Source of the DNA: the human T2T-CHM13v2.0 reference genome, Homo sapiens
Strand: one strand, 5' to 3'
Length of the DNA: 64,000 nucleotides
Assembly (NCBI RefSeq): GCF_009914755.1
Contig: NC_060925.1
A model generated the notes under the pieces. That model was not told where the DNA came from and searched no databases. It saw nothing but the letters and a program-made list of their open reading frames with translations. Shown here in pieces: positions 1-12,599 of the stretch. The position numbers and the translations under genes were made by a program. How positions within the stretch are numbered: the first letter of the stretch is position 1; each line of letters opens with the position of its first letter.

Positions 1-548
1 CCATTGATGAGATATATACATAATGTTATTCAGTCTTATTAAAAAAAGGAAATCCAGCTATTTGTGGCAGCGTGGATGAACATAAAAGACATTATGCTAA
101 ATTAAATAAGACCAGAAAGACAAATACTGCATACTCTCACTGATACATGGAATCCAAAGACGTTGAACTCAAAGAAACAGAGAGTAGAAGGGAGGTTGCG
201 AGGGGCTGAGGAATGGGAAATTGGGGGATTTAGCCAAAGGGTAAAAACTTTCAAGTGTAAGATGAATAAGTTTTGGGGATCAAATACACAGTACAGTAAC
301 TATACTTAATAATACTAATACTGTATAGTTATGGTAACTATGCTTAATAGTACTTCACATTTGCTGAGAGAGTAATAATGTTAAATGTTAACACACACAC
401 ACGCACGCACACACACACACACACACCAAGTAACTATATAAGGCGATGGATATGTTAATCAGCTTAATTATGATAATCATTTCACTATATATATATCAAA
501 GCATCAGACTTCACATATTAAATATATACAATTTTTATTTGTCAAAAA
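1..548 (+). mobile_element. L1 (L1MA/MB-type) 3' end fragment with (CA)n at ~392-427
   Basis: Typical L1 3' UTR motifs (gacattatgctaa..., agacaaatactgcat, gagtagaagg...gttgc), ending in aatttttatttgtcaaaaaa. Confidence 0.8.
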
Positions 549-947
549 ATTGTGAAAGATCCATATTAACTCCATGATTTTTTCAGTTACTGCAGCAAAA
601 GTAGATAAGAGCAGTTTTAGAATTCTGCAATTCTGCATTTCATGATATATTGACATAATTTATTTCTGTTCCTTTTCCAGAAGATCAGGTCTTTCTGTGC
701 ATTGTAAATCACCAGGCATGCTCACTTCTCTGAAAAACATATATTTAGGCCATCTTATCATTAAATAAATTGTTTAATGAATAAAACACCACTGATTTAT
801 AGCCACACCAAGCTTTATGCATTCACATAGTTATTGTTTTATAAGTAAAATCCTGTTGTTAAACTTTAGTTCCACAAAATCTAATATTCTGAAAGACCTA
901 CCTTCTAACAGCAACATGAACCTCTCCAACGTGTATAAATCTCATAC

Positions 948-995
948 CTGGAGCTGACCAAGAGGAAAGAGAGCCTCAGAGACCATCAGAGCCAT
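948..995 (-). pseudogene. Candidate ATG-containing first exon, 5 nt shorter than the paralog at 45710
   Basis: Minus strand reads ggaATGGCT...CTCTTTCCTCTTGGTCAGCTCCAG|gtatga; ATG and donor are both conserved in copy C. Confidence 0.4.
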
Positions 996-1010
996 TCCTG
1001 CAGTGGTTGA

Positions 1011-1161
1011 AGGTCTTCTGAAGTCTCTGCTGGTGTGTGTGGGGGGCAGCAGAGCTGGCTTCCTGCCCCCAATTAACTGGCAAATAATATTACAATCTGG
1101 GCTGCTCTGAGCCCAAATCAGATGGTTTTAGAGTGCTGCTTCTCAGAGAGGATATAGAAAG
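1011..1161. promoter_or_regulatory. Highly conserved core shared with inverted copy C (candidate promoter)
   Basis: About 11 mismatches in 151 bp, no indels, versus the reverse complement of ~45543-45694 (hand count). Confidence 0.55.
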
Positions 1162-2628
1162 GTAGTCAGAATTGTCAGCATAATCTTCCCTGCTCAGTGT
1201 CAGAAAAGGAGGCTTGTTTATTTCAAGTTACTCTGCTCAAGGAATGTTATTTTAACATGATTTACCAGAAACAAAGGTGAACCTACAACCAGTAGTAAGA
1301 AAATCTCAAGACAGTATCAAATTGCTCAATATGGTTCAGTTCTGTTTAGATTTTTTGAGCTCCTACTATTTTAAAAGCACGGGCCTGGAATCTGGAGATA
1401 GTAAGTGGAGTAAGACCCTGTCCACTCTCTCAAGGCAGAGATTGGTGACACTGGGCAAGACACACCATTTCTCTGGGTTCTGGCTGCCTCATTTATGAAA
1501 AGCAACAATGTGAGTGGTTAATTTCTAAAGTTCCATTTGTGTTAAAAGGAATTTTTACAAAAAAGCAAAAAACTTTCTTATTCTAGAAATCCTTAGATAG
1601 CAGAGTAAATTTTACCTTAAGATCCATGTTTTTAAATGACAGTGTCATGAGCATAAAAGAAGGGAATATATCTGGCCGCAGTATTTAAATTACTCTTTGT
1701 TACCGGTATCAGAATATTGCAGTCTCTATTTTATGTCATCAAGTTTTCTTATTCCAAGAAGCAAGACAAATAAACCCACAATTTTCTACTAATTTTTCAG
1801 AAGTTGGGAATTATTTTCTAGTAAGAAAGCATGAAACCACTTTTCTTACTTACACATTTGTAGACATCTGAACTCCCATGCCAAGAGGGGATGCCAGAAG
1901 AGGTGAGGTGAGGGGGTAGCTTTGGCTAGTGAGGACTCCCAGGGTCAGCATGCTGGGGGCGTCTTCCAACTGGAGTTGGGATAATGCTGCAATCCAAGTC
2001 AAGTGCAGAACCAGAAACAAGAGGATGGCAGGGGAGCCAGAGAAGGGAGATCCAATGGGCTCCCCAGAGAAGGGAGATCCAGAAAAGGGAGATCCAAGGG
2101 AGGTCAGAGGTGACCCCCAAGACCCAGAGTGAAGTAACACAGAGTAGGCCAATGAAGGAGGCCAATGTAAGCAGAGAAGGCAAAACAAGAGCGTGATTCT
2201 GGGAAATACCTGGGACCAAGTAGGTCCAGGCTGGTGGTTGCAGTGGGAAGGCAGTCGGGATTAAAGGATCTGGTAGGTTGTCAAGATGCGTGTTTATGAT
2301 GACTTCATATCTGGGCTGTCTAGGAAAGTCCTAATTTCAAATACCGTAGTATTTTTGTCAGATGTTGCAACCAAAGTGCCTTCATTCAGCTGTACATGGC
2401 ACCTCTGCTCGGCCAGGTGCTGGGCTAAAAATCTGCGACATAGTCGGGACCAAGGTGTAGACTCTGCTTTCAGGTCGCCCACTGTCCTGTGCAGGGGGCT
2501 AAGGATTATAGCAAGTATGGTAGAAAGCACAGCTACCAGGTTATTGTAATAAAACCTAACCTCTCCCTCAAAATTATTATAACCACTGGTCATTACTCTG
2601 ATCTGATCCTCTTTTAAGAAATAAAGGA

Positions 2629-3209
<581 letters not shown>

Positions 3210-3460
3210 AAGAAAGAAAGGAAAGAAAGAGAGAAAGAGAGAAGGAAAGGAAAGGAAAGGAAGAAAGGAAGAAAAGAAAGGAAGAAGGAAGGAAGGAAAG
3301 AAAGAAAAGAAAGAAAGAAAAACAAAGAAAGAAAAGGAGGGAGGGAAGAAGGAAGGAAGGTAGGAAAGAAGGAAAGAAAGAAGGAAGGAAAGAAGGAAAG
3401 AAAGAAAGAAAGAAAGAAAAGGAGGGAGGGAGGAAGGAAGGTAGGAAGGAAAGAAGGAAG
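3210..3460 (+). repeat. (GAAA)n/(GGAA)n microsatellite derived from an Alu tail
   Basis: Nearly pure-purine tandem array. Confidence 0.95.
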
Positions 3461-6027
3461 GATTTTTGCAAAGTTCGCACACAGACACTGAGTTCTTTGG
3501 GGATAGCAGACAATGTATACTAGACTTTGGCTATGCTAACCATGAGATGTCCACTTTCTCACACTTGTGGCTGAGACCTCCTGCTGATCGCCTGTATTCT
3601 GTCCTCCCTTGTTTCCATTATATTCTCACCATCCCATAAGCAGATCACTTGCTACCAAAAGATTCCTATCACAAAGAAGTAACATGATTACCAGATATCT
3701 TTAGTGCATTACATCTAATAGTCAAAAGATATTTTATATAGACAGATGTTTATAGATGGAGGAAGGAGAGATGAATCTGGATGCAAATCCTGAGGATGGA
3801 CAAATAATTTTACAAGTTTGCACGCATCACAAGGTGTATCTCCCAGTAACTGGATTGTCTTATATTTGTTTCTTGTGTGGAATTTTCACTGGCTTCCCAT
3901 TTAAATTGAAAAATAAAAGCAAATAAATATTTCTTTACATATTCTCTAGGATTAGGCCCATGGCCTGGGCTTGCAGGGCGTGCAGCTGAGCGGTGCTGGG
4001 AGGGCAGCAGAGGTGGCAACAGCGCCACCAGATCCAGTTCCGGCACCAAACCGAACACGAAGTCAGGAGGTCCAAGACTAGCCTGGGATTGGACACGGTG
4101 AATGGATATCAGACCTGAGGCATGCCAAGGAAATATTTTCAAAGTTGGAAAAAGTATGTTGATATAGATGCTGGAAAGTATACCATTGGCTTGGGCCAGG
4201 CCAAGATGGGCTCCTGCACACATGGAGAAGAGATCAACTCTCTTTGCATGCCTGTGGTTCAGAATCTTATGGAGAGAAAAAATCTTTCCTACGATTGCAC
4301 TGGCTGACTGGAAGTTGGAACAGAGACAATCAAGGACAAATCAAAGTCAGTGAAGACTAATTTGATGCAGCTGTTTGAGGAGTCTGGGGATATAGATATA
4401 GAAGGAACCGACACAACTCATGCATGCTATGGAGCCCCAGCTGCTGTCTTCAGTGCTGTTAACTGGATTGAGTCCAGCTCCTGGGATGGACAGTTTGCCC
4501 TGGAGTTTGTAGGAGATATTGCTGTATATCCCACAGGAAAAGTTAGACTGACAGGTAGAGTCAGAGCAGTAGCTCTGCTAATTGAGCCAAATGCAACTTT
4601 AATTTTTGAACGAGGGCTTCGTGGGACACATATGCAACGTGCCTATGGCTTTTATGAGCCTGATATGCTCTCTGAATGTCCTATAGTAGATGGAAAACCC
4701 TCCACACAGTGCTGCTTCAGTGCATTAGATCACTGCTATTCTGTCGACTGCAAAACGATCCGTGCCCAGTGGCAGAAAGACGGAAATGATAAAGATTTTA
4801 CCTTGAATAATTTTGGCTTCTTGATCCTTCACTCACCATATTGTAAACTGGTGAGTTTATCTCTAGCTCGGATGTTGCGGAATGACTTCCTTAATGATCA
4901 GAACAGAGATAAAAATAGTGTTTAGAATGTCCTGGAAGCCTTTGGGAATGTTAAATTAGAAGACATCTATTTTGATACAGATGTGGAGATGGCATTTATG
5001 AAGGATAGTTCCGAACTCTCCCATCAGAAAACAAAGGCATCTTTGCTGTATCCAGTGAAAATGGAAATACGTACACATCGTCAGTATATGGTTCCCCGCA
5101 ACTGTCCCAGCGCAGTACTCACCTCAGCAATGATCAGGGAAGAGACTGGAGTGTTCTCGTACAGTTCTGGTTCAGCCGCCACCCTGTACTCTCTTAAAGT
5201 TCCACCAGATGCCACACCATGGTCTGCTGTTGATAAAATAACAGCAAGCTTATGGGATCTTAAATCAAGGTGTAGCTCAAGAACTTGTGTGGTACCAGAT
5301 GTCTTTGTTGAAAACATGAAGCTCAGAGAGGACACCCATCACTTGGTCAACTCTGTTCCCCGGGGCCCAAGAGATTCACTCTTTGAAGAAACATGGTACT
5401 TAGCTATGGTGGGTGAAAAGCACAGAAGAAGTTACACTCCGTGTCCTTCTCCAAATAATGACACTTGGGATGAAGGAGTCAGACTTGTGCATTCAAACAC
5501 AGTAACTGATCATATTCCAAGCCCTGCTAAGACAGTGCCAAGACTCCCTGCCACAGCAGCAGAAACGGGAGCAGCTGTCATTAGTAATGGGGAACATTAA
5601 GATATTCTGTGAGGTGCAAGGCTTTGGTGTGAGGGTGGGGATGGGATTACATGTTGCTCAGATTTTTATGTGAGTGACATGGAGCCTGGATGACCATCGT
5701 GTACTTGGGAAAGTCTCTTTTCCTCAATTTGCTGACATGTTTCCCACTGTGGTCTGGCCAATGCCAAGTGCGCTTGAGTGATGTTAAGGGCTCTATAAAA
5801 CTTCAGACCTCTCTAGCCATTCGTATACATGAAGTTTAGTTTTCAACCATGGTATAATGAATCTTGTCCTTCTGTCAGAGGAAAGCAGAGGTACTAATCT
5901 TCAATTAAATTTTTTTAAAACAGATAAGAATTTTGTACTTTGAACAACAAGCTTACTGAAAGTTCTAGCTTGGGAAATGTGGTCTTAAAATGTGATATGC
6001 ACAGATTCTTTGACAACGGCAAGACAA

Positions 6028-6256
6028 GGCCAGGTGCTCTGGCTCATGCCTGTAATCACAGCACTTTGAGAGGCCGAGGCGGGCGGATTGCCTGGGCCCA
6101 GGAACTTGAGACCAGCCTGGGCAACATGGCGAAACCCTGTCTCTACTAAAAATACAAAAATTAGCCGGATGGGTGGCATGTGCCTGTGGTCCCAGCTACT
6201 CGGGAGGCTGAGGTGGGAAGACCTCTTGAGCCCAGGAGGCAGAGGTTGTAGTGAGC
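6028..6256 (+). mobile_element. Alu (3'-truncated body) inserted in the retrocopy 3' UTR
   Basis: Alu consensus; TSD ggcaagacaa at 6018-6027 and 6975-6984. Confidence 0.9.
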
Positions 6257-6322
6257 AAAGAAAGAAGGAAGGAAGGAAGGAAGGAAGGAAGGAAGGAAGG
6301 AAGAAAGAAAGAGGAAAGAGGA

Positions 6323-6370
<48 letters not shown>

Positions 6371-6415
6371 AAGAAAGAAAGGAAGGAAGGAAGGAAGGAA
6401 GGAAGGAAGGAAGGA

Positions 6416-6463
<48 letters not shown>

Positions 6464-6919
6464 AGGAAGGAAGGAAAAGAGGGAAAGAGGGAAAGAAAGA
6501 GAGAGGGAAGGAAGGAAGGGAGGGAGGGAGGGAGGGAAGGAAGGAAGGAAGGAAGGAAGGAAGGAAGGAAAGAAAGAAAGAAAGTAAGAGGAAAGAAAGA
6601 AAGAAGGAAGGAAGGAAAAGAGGGAAAGAACGAGAGAGGGAAGGAAGGGAGGGAGGGAGGGAAGGAAGGAAGGAAAGAAAGAAAGAAAGAGAAAGAGGCA
6701 AGACAAAGAAAGAAAGAGGCAAGAGAAAGAAAAGAAAGAAAGAAAGAAAGGAGAAAGAAAGAAGAAAGAAAGAGGAAAGAAAGAAAGAAGGAAGGAAGGA
6801 AAAGAGGGAAAGAAAGAGAGAGGGAAGGAAGAACGGGAGGGAGGGAAGGAAGGAAGGAAGGAAAGAAAGAAAGAAAGAAAGAAAGAGAAAGAGGTGAGAC
6901 AAAGAAAGAAAGAGGCAAG

Positions 6920-6974
<55 letters not shown>

Positions 6975-6975
6975 G
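6257..6975 (+). repeat. ~720-bp compound (GAAA)/(GGAA)/(GGGA)/(GATA) microsatellite
   Basis: Directly visible tandem arrays. Confidence 0.97.
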
Positions 6976-7880
6976 GCAAGACAAATATACACCCTTTTTT
7001 CTAAAATTGATAAATCCTGAAGAGGAAGAAAACAGCTGAGACAATAAAACTAGTTCTGGAATCTGGAATGTTGCTTTAAATCCAGGCCAGCCGTGACAAA
7101 AGTTGTTATGGCCTCTGAACAGAGAGACGCTGACATTGGGCAGGCTTCTGGTATAGGAAACATGGTACATTCGGAAGCCGTGAATAAAGCTCTGGGTGGC
7201 TCCTGAATCGGTTCATGGCAGATTATGGTGAGCAACATTGAGATGTTATTGGAAGTGTGAATGAGGACATTCACTGTTGCGATCCTTCTTTGCAACTTAT
7301 TTTGAAGAATGAATGAAACATTTTTTTGGTTGCCTTTTAAAAAATTATAAATGGAAAGGAAGGACGGAGCAGGACATTATTAGGTTGCTTCTGATGCTTC
7401 AGTGTTATAAATTCAATATATAGACTGACAGCCTAAATTCAGGATGTAGAACAGTTCTTTTCATTTTTACTTTCTCCTTTTTTTTTCTTTTGCTATCTGT
7501 TCAATGAAAATAACAAGGTACAACCCAAGTTTTTACATAGTGTAACTAGAAGTATTCCACTTCAAGGTCTGAAAGTAGGATTTATGAAGCATTTTCTTAG
7601 ACTTTTACCTTTAAAAAAGAACAAACAAAACCTGTCACACAGGATGGGTAAGAAGATTGGTTACACAGCTTTGTGGTGCTGACAATGAGCCTTATAGACT
7701 GTAAAATACAGATAGTTTGAACTAAGGTACAGAACTAAATTTTCTAAACTTTATTTGCTGTTAAAGAAATAATTCCTTATTTTAAAGAAAAAAACAAATT
7801 CTCGAAGTTTATAAAACATTTATTTTCTCAAGAAGGCTCACTTGCAAACATTTTGAAGTAAACAATGTCATAGCAGTCAT

Positions 7881-7900
7881 GCACTGCCCTCTGGTGGTCA
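7881..7900 (-). promoter_or_regulatory. CTCF motif (copy A)
   Basis: Minus strand TGACCACCAGAGGGCAGTGC fits the CTCF consensus. Confidence 0.7.
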
Positions 7901-8859
7901 CATGAGAGCCCTGCATGACAAATGCTGCAGGGCTCTGCATTTGGCGTCAGCAAAAGACAACATTCAAATTTAGACATTGCTATGGGCTTGCAGTTAGATC
8001 ATATCCCAATTTTGTAAGAATCAATGTTTGGAAGATAACTTCGAGAGGAAGTCATTGTTTCTTCATTTCACATTGTAAAAAGGAGGTCTCTTTCCAAGTG
8101 TGGTATTTCAGGGAGTATTTATTGAGCACATAGATTCCAGGGCAGAAAATAGAGACCAGGTCACCGTCTCATAGCAGGGTAGGGGGTCGGGGAAAAGGGG
8201 CAGCAGTGTTAGGAAATGTTGAGAATGACTGGCCAACATCACAACTATGTATATCTGGCTTACAGAAAATAGTATATCAAACCAAAGCCCATTGATGGAA
8301 TCCTTCTGATTACTTAAACAGTATATTTTATAAAATTTAAGAACTACTACCCAACATGTCTGTATACTTTCATCTAATCTTAGACACACAGTTTTTCCAA
8401 ACATGGGATCAACTTACATCCCCAGTTACTTTTCTCACTTGATATGAGCCCTAATCCATGCTATTCAATTGTTTTTGAAAATCTGATTTAATTGCTGCAT
8501 AGTGTTCCTTAATACATCTTGTACACAAATTACATGCTTCCATAGCTTCTGCTGCTGTCTCCCTCCACCAACCAAATCTGCTTTATTTCTAAAAGTGGAC
8601 CTCAATCACTATCTTCTGCAGACAGCTTCCCCTTCTAGAATAATTCATGGGACTTCTAGGACTTTCACTTTATCCTTCTGTCTCTTAGGATAGCAGGCAC
8701 TCCATACCATGTCTTATCTCCCTTTATATACTGAGAGCTTCTTCTAGCGCAAGGTGCTGCTAAATTAGCTCTCTGTCCAGCTCTTAGCACAGTGCTCAGA
8801 ATACAGCAGACACTCCATAAAAATTGGAGAAACACAATAAATCCAAACACGTTGTTTAC

Positions 8860-9719
8860 TGTTGCAGAGAACTCTAGTCGTCCATCAAAATCCATTCTCC
8901 CCTTCTCCGCACACACAGTTGGACTACATTTCCCAGGCTCTCTTGTGTTATGCGTGGTCACATGGCCAGTTCTTGCCAATGGAAGAGGAGTGGGATCGAT
9001 GTGAGCCACTGCCAGTCCAGGCCCATAAAATCATCCTGTGGACATTTCTTCGTGCTCTTTCTTCTTCTGCTGATGCATGCAAGTAGGGATGAGGCCCCAG
9101 ATATCAAAGTCAAAATAAAATATATTGGTGAATGGGTAAATTTAAATGTTTTATTTGGGAAAGCACAAATTGCAGTTCAGGGAATACACATAGTCCAAGT
9201 GCTCTTCAGAATGTCCAAGAACAAAGAGAAGGTTGGAGGTTTTATAAAAAGAGCTATGTTATGTTTTGTTTTGAAAATAAGGTCATTGGCATAAGTAAAA
9301 TTTTAGGGAATTGGCATCCTCTAATTGGTGAGTGGTGATGGTGGGTAAAACTAGTCTTAGCTTCCTGGCAGGTCATTGTAGAAACTAATAGAAAACTGGT
9401 TTCAGGTTACAGCAGGCAGTTTCAGCAGCTGGGCTTGCCGAGAATTACATTCTCAAAACAATGTTATATTCCCCGAGTGCTTTTTCCCCCTGGTCTCTGG
9501 ACTCTGTTTTAGCTGGGTATGACAAGAATGACCCAATTTGCATGATCACCATTCACAGGAATGGTGAAGGCACAAGAAGGAAACACTCTGGGTTCCTGGA
9601 TGACCACAGGGAGGAAAGCTGCCTCTCCAACCTGGGCACCCATCTAGCCATGCCAGGGGGGTGCAAAATACAGTGTTATGCCACTGAAATTGTTTATTCA
9701 ATGTAACCTCATTAATACA
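8860..9719 (+). mobile_element. MLT1J-like MaLR LTR, interrupted by a MER31-like LTR
   Basis: Starts tgttgcagagaactctag...aaaatccattctccccttct and ends attaataca; paralogous copy at 37440-37848. Confidence 0.65.
9101..9557 (-). mobile_element. MER31-like ERV1 solo LTR
   Basis: Reverse complement begins tgtgaatggtgatcatgcaaattgggtcattcttgtcataccc; absent from the paralogous MLT1J in copy B. Confidence 0.6.
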
Positions 9720-10004
9720 GCTGCTTACAAATTCGATCACAGGATAACTTACATAGTCATCTCTGTGTCACATTTAAAATGACAGAAGTCAGTCAGACCT
9801 TGCCAATGCTGCCCTTCCATTGACCCTGCTATTCTGACCCAGCCACTTTACCTCATAGAACTTCCGTCACTCATAATATTTTAAATCTCTGCTTCATAAA
9901 CGTTGACGTCAGAATTATACCAATATTTTAAAAGTTGAGGAGCAACTTTGAGAGTAAACTTCAATAGTACTTTTAATTATTTAATACTTTTTAAATATAG
10001 CACA

Positions 10005-12287
10005 TGATATGGTTTCCTGTGTCCCCACCCAAATCTCATCTTAAATTCCCATGTGTTATGGGAGGGACCTGGTAGGAGGTAATTGGATCATGGGGGCAGG
10101 TCTTTCCCATGCTGTTCTTGTGACAGTGAATAAGTCTCATGAGATCTGATGGTATTATAAGGTGGAGTTCCCTTGCACAAGCTCTCTCTTTGCCTACCGC
10201 CATCCACGAAAGATGTGACTTGCTCTTCCTTGCATTGCACCATGATTGTGAGGCCTCCCCAGCCATGTGGAACTGTAAGTCCATCAAACCTCTTTCTTTT
10301 GTAAATTGCCCATTCTCATGTATGTCTTTACCAGCATCGTGAAAACAGACTAATACCGTAATCAGTATCAGTAGAGTGGTGCACTGCTGAAAAGATACCC
10401 AAAAATGTGGAAGTGACTTTGGAACTGGGTAACGGACAGAGGTTGGAACAGTTTGGAGGGCTCAGAAGAAGGCAGGAAAATGTGGGAAAGTTTGGAACTC
10501 CCTAGAGCCTTATTAAATGGCTTTGCCCAAAATGCTGATAATGATATGGACAATGAAATCTAGGCTGAGGTGGTCTCAGATGGAGATGAGGAACTTGTTG
10601 GGAACTGGAGCAAAGGTTACTCTTGTTATGTTTTAGCAAAGAGACTGGCAGCATTTTTCCCCCACCCTAGAGATTTGTGGAACTTTGAACTTGAGAGAGA
10701 TGGTTTAGGGTATCTGGCAGAAGAAATTTCTAAGCAGCAAAGCATTCAAGAGGTGACTTGGGTGCTGTTTAAGGCATTCAGTTTTAAAAGGAAAATAGAG
10801 CATAAAATTTTGGAAAATTTGCAGCCTCACAATATGATAGAAAAGAAAAGCTCATTTTCTGAGGAGAAATTCAAGCAGGCTGCAGGAATTTGCATAAGTA
10901 ATGAGGAGTTGAATGTTAATCACCAAGACAATGGGGTAAACGTCTCCAGGGCATGTCACAGACCTTGGCAGCAGACCCTTCCATCACAGGCCCAGAGGCT
11001 TGGGAGGATAAAATGGTTTTGTAGGCAGGCCCCAGGGTCCCCCTGTTGTGTGCAGCCTAGGGACTTGGTGCTCTGCATCCAGCTGCTCTAGCCATAGCTA
11101 AAAGGGTCCAAGGTATAAATCGGGCTGTGGCTCTAGAAGGTGCAAGTGCCAAGTCTTGGCAGCTTCCACGTGATGTTGAGCTTCCAGCGCACAGAAGGAA
11201 GAATTGAGGTTTGGGAACCTCCGCCTAGATTTCAGAGGATATATGGAAATGCCTGGATCTCTAGGAAGAAGTTTGCCACAGGGGCAGGGTCCTCATAGAG
11301 AACCTCTGCTAGGGCAGTGCAGAAGGGAAATATGGGTTTGGAGCCCCCACACAGAGTCCCTACTGGGGCACTGCCTAGTGGAGCTGTGAAAAGAAGGCCA
11401 CTGTCCTCCAGCCCCAGAATAGTAGATCCACTGATAGCTTGCACCATGCACCTGGAAAAGCCATAGACACTCAATGCCAGCCCATGAAAGCAGCTGGGAG
11501 GGAGGCTGTACCCTGCAAAGCCACAGGGGCAGAGCTGCTCAAGACCATGGGAACCACCTCTTGCATCAGCATAACCTGGATGTGAGACATGGAGTCAAAG
11601 GAGATCATTTTTTTGGAACTTTAAGATTTGACTGCCCCACTGGATTTCAGACTTGCAGGGGGCCTGTAGCCCCTTTGTTTTGGCCAATTTCTCCGATTTG
11701 GAATGGCTGTATTTACCCAATACCTATACACCCATTGTATCTAGGAAGTAACTAACTTGCTTTTGATTTTACAGACCCATAGGCAGAAAGGACTTGTCTT
11801 GTCTCAGATGAGACTTTGGACTGTGGACTTTTGAATTAATGCTGAAATGAGTTAAGACTTTGGGGACTATTGGGAAGTTACGATTGGTTTTGAAATGTGA
11901 GGACATGATATTTGCGAGGGGCCGGGGATGGAACGATATGGTTTGGCTGTGTCCCCACCAAAATCTCATCTTGAATTCCCATGTGTTGTGGGAGGAACCC
12001 GGTGGGAGGTAATTGAATCATGGGGGCAGGTCTTTCTCGTGCGGTTCTTGTGAAAGTGAATAAGTCTCATGAGACCTGATGGTTTCATAAAAAGAAGTTT
12101 TATTGCACAAGCTCTTTCTTTGCCTGCCTCCATCCATGTAAGATGTAACTTGCTCTTCTTTGCCTTCCACCATGATTGTGAGGCCTCCCCAGCCATGTGC
12201 AACTATGAGTCCATTAAACCTCTTTCTTTTGTAAATTGCCCAGTCTTGTGTATGTCTTTATCAGCAGTGTGAAAATGGACTAATACA
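10005..12287 (+). mobile_element. Full-length THE1A MaLR element (LTR 10005-10357, internal region, LTR 11934-12287)
   Basis: Two ~350-bp LTRs tgatatggttt...ctaataca; THE1-int sequence; 5-bp TSD gcaca at 10000-10004 and 12288-12292. Confidence 0.93.
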
Positions 12288-12599
12288 GCACAGTAAACCA
12301 GTTATAATTTGTTCATTACAATTTTTTGATTCAGTTTATTTGGAATTTACTGAAAATGTCTGTATGAAGATCAATTATGTTTTATATAAATAACTTGACT
12401 TCTCTTACACATCATGATTTGCTGACTATAGATTCTGCCTTTTAAGTTGTCCCAAGGTGTTATTATTTCTATCTTGTTAAGCACTTTTGGTCAAATAATG
12501 CATATCAAATATTTTTAAAAGTATTTATCTCCCACCAATTTTTTGTCAATGGTAATTTTTACCATGTGCAACTTTCACGACTACCAGTTTTATTTTGAC

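Larger units (their letters stand above)
3947..7803 (+). pseudogene. HMGCS1: Processed pseudogene of cytosolic HMG-CoA synthase; CDS remnant ~4140-5600, 3' UTR to ~7790
   Basis: Translations DAGKYTIGLGQAKMG, KTNLMQLFEESG, NWIESSSWDG, HSPYCKLV, AVISNGEH* match HMGCS1; intronless; frameshifts and premature TAG at 4923-4925; A-rich end; TSD acatattctc/acaaattctc. Confidence 0.95.

Noticed and set aside
1020-1115. Small hairpins in the conserved core as a miRNA or snoRNA
   Set aside because: Stems are only 6-8 bp plus bulged extensions, with no snoRNA boxes or recognisable mature sequence.
3461-3545. [12 protein letters not shown] resembling TENT5/FAM46 EFSVDSFQI.LD
   Set aside because: Short chance-level similarity; flanking motifs do not match and copy B does not support it.
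4350-5600. Functional HMGCS1 retrogene
   Set aside because: N-terminus missing, frameshifts and an internal stop, despite the retained catalytic Cys (HACYG).
5985-7170. Long minus-strand ORFs (272-335 aa) rich in F/L/S/P
   Set aside because: They are translations of the (CTTT)/(CCTT) microsatellite, which lacks stop codons; the same applies to 3099-3523, 15812-16292 and 56168-56421.
10570-11091. 173-aa ORF
   Set aside because: Lies within the THE1-int sequence; a remnant of the MaLR internal ORF, not a host gene.
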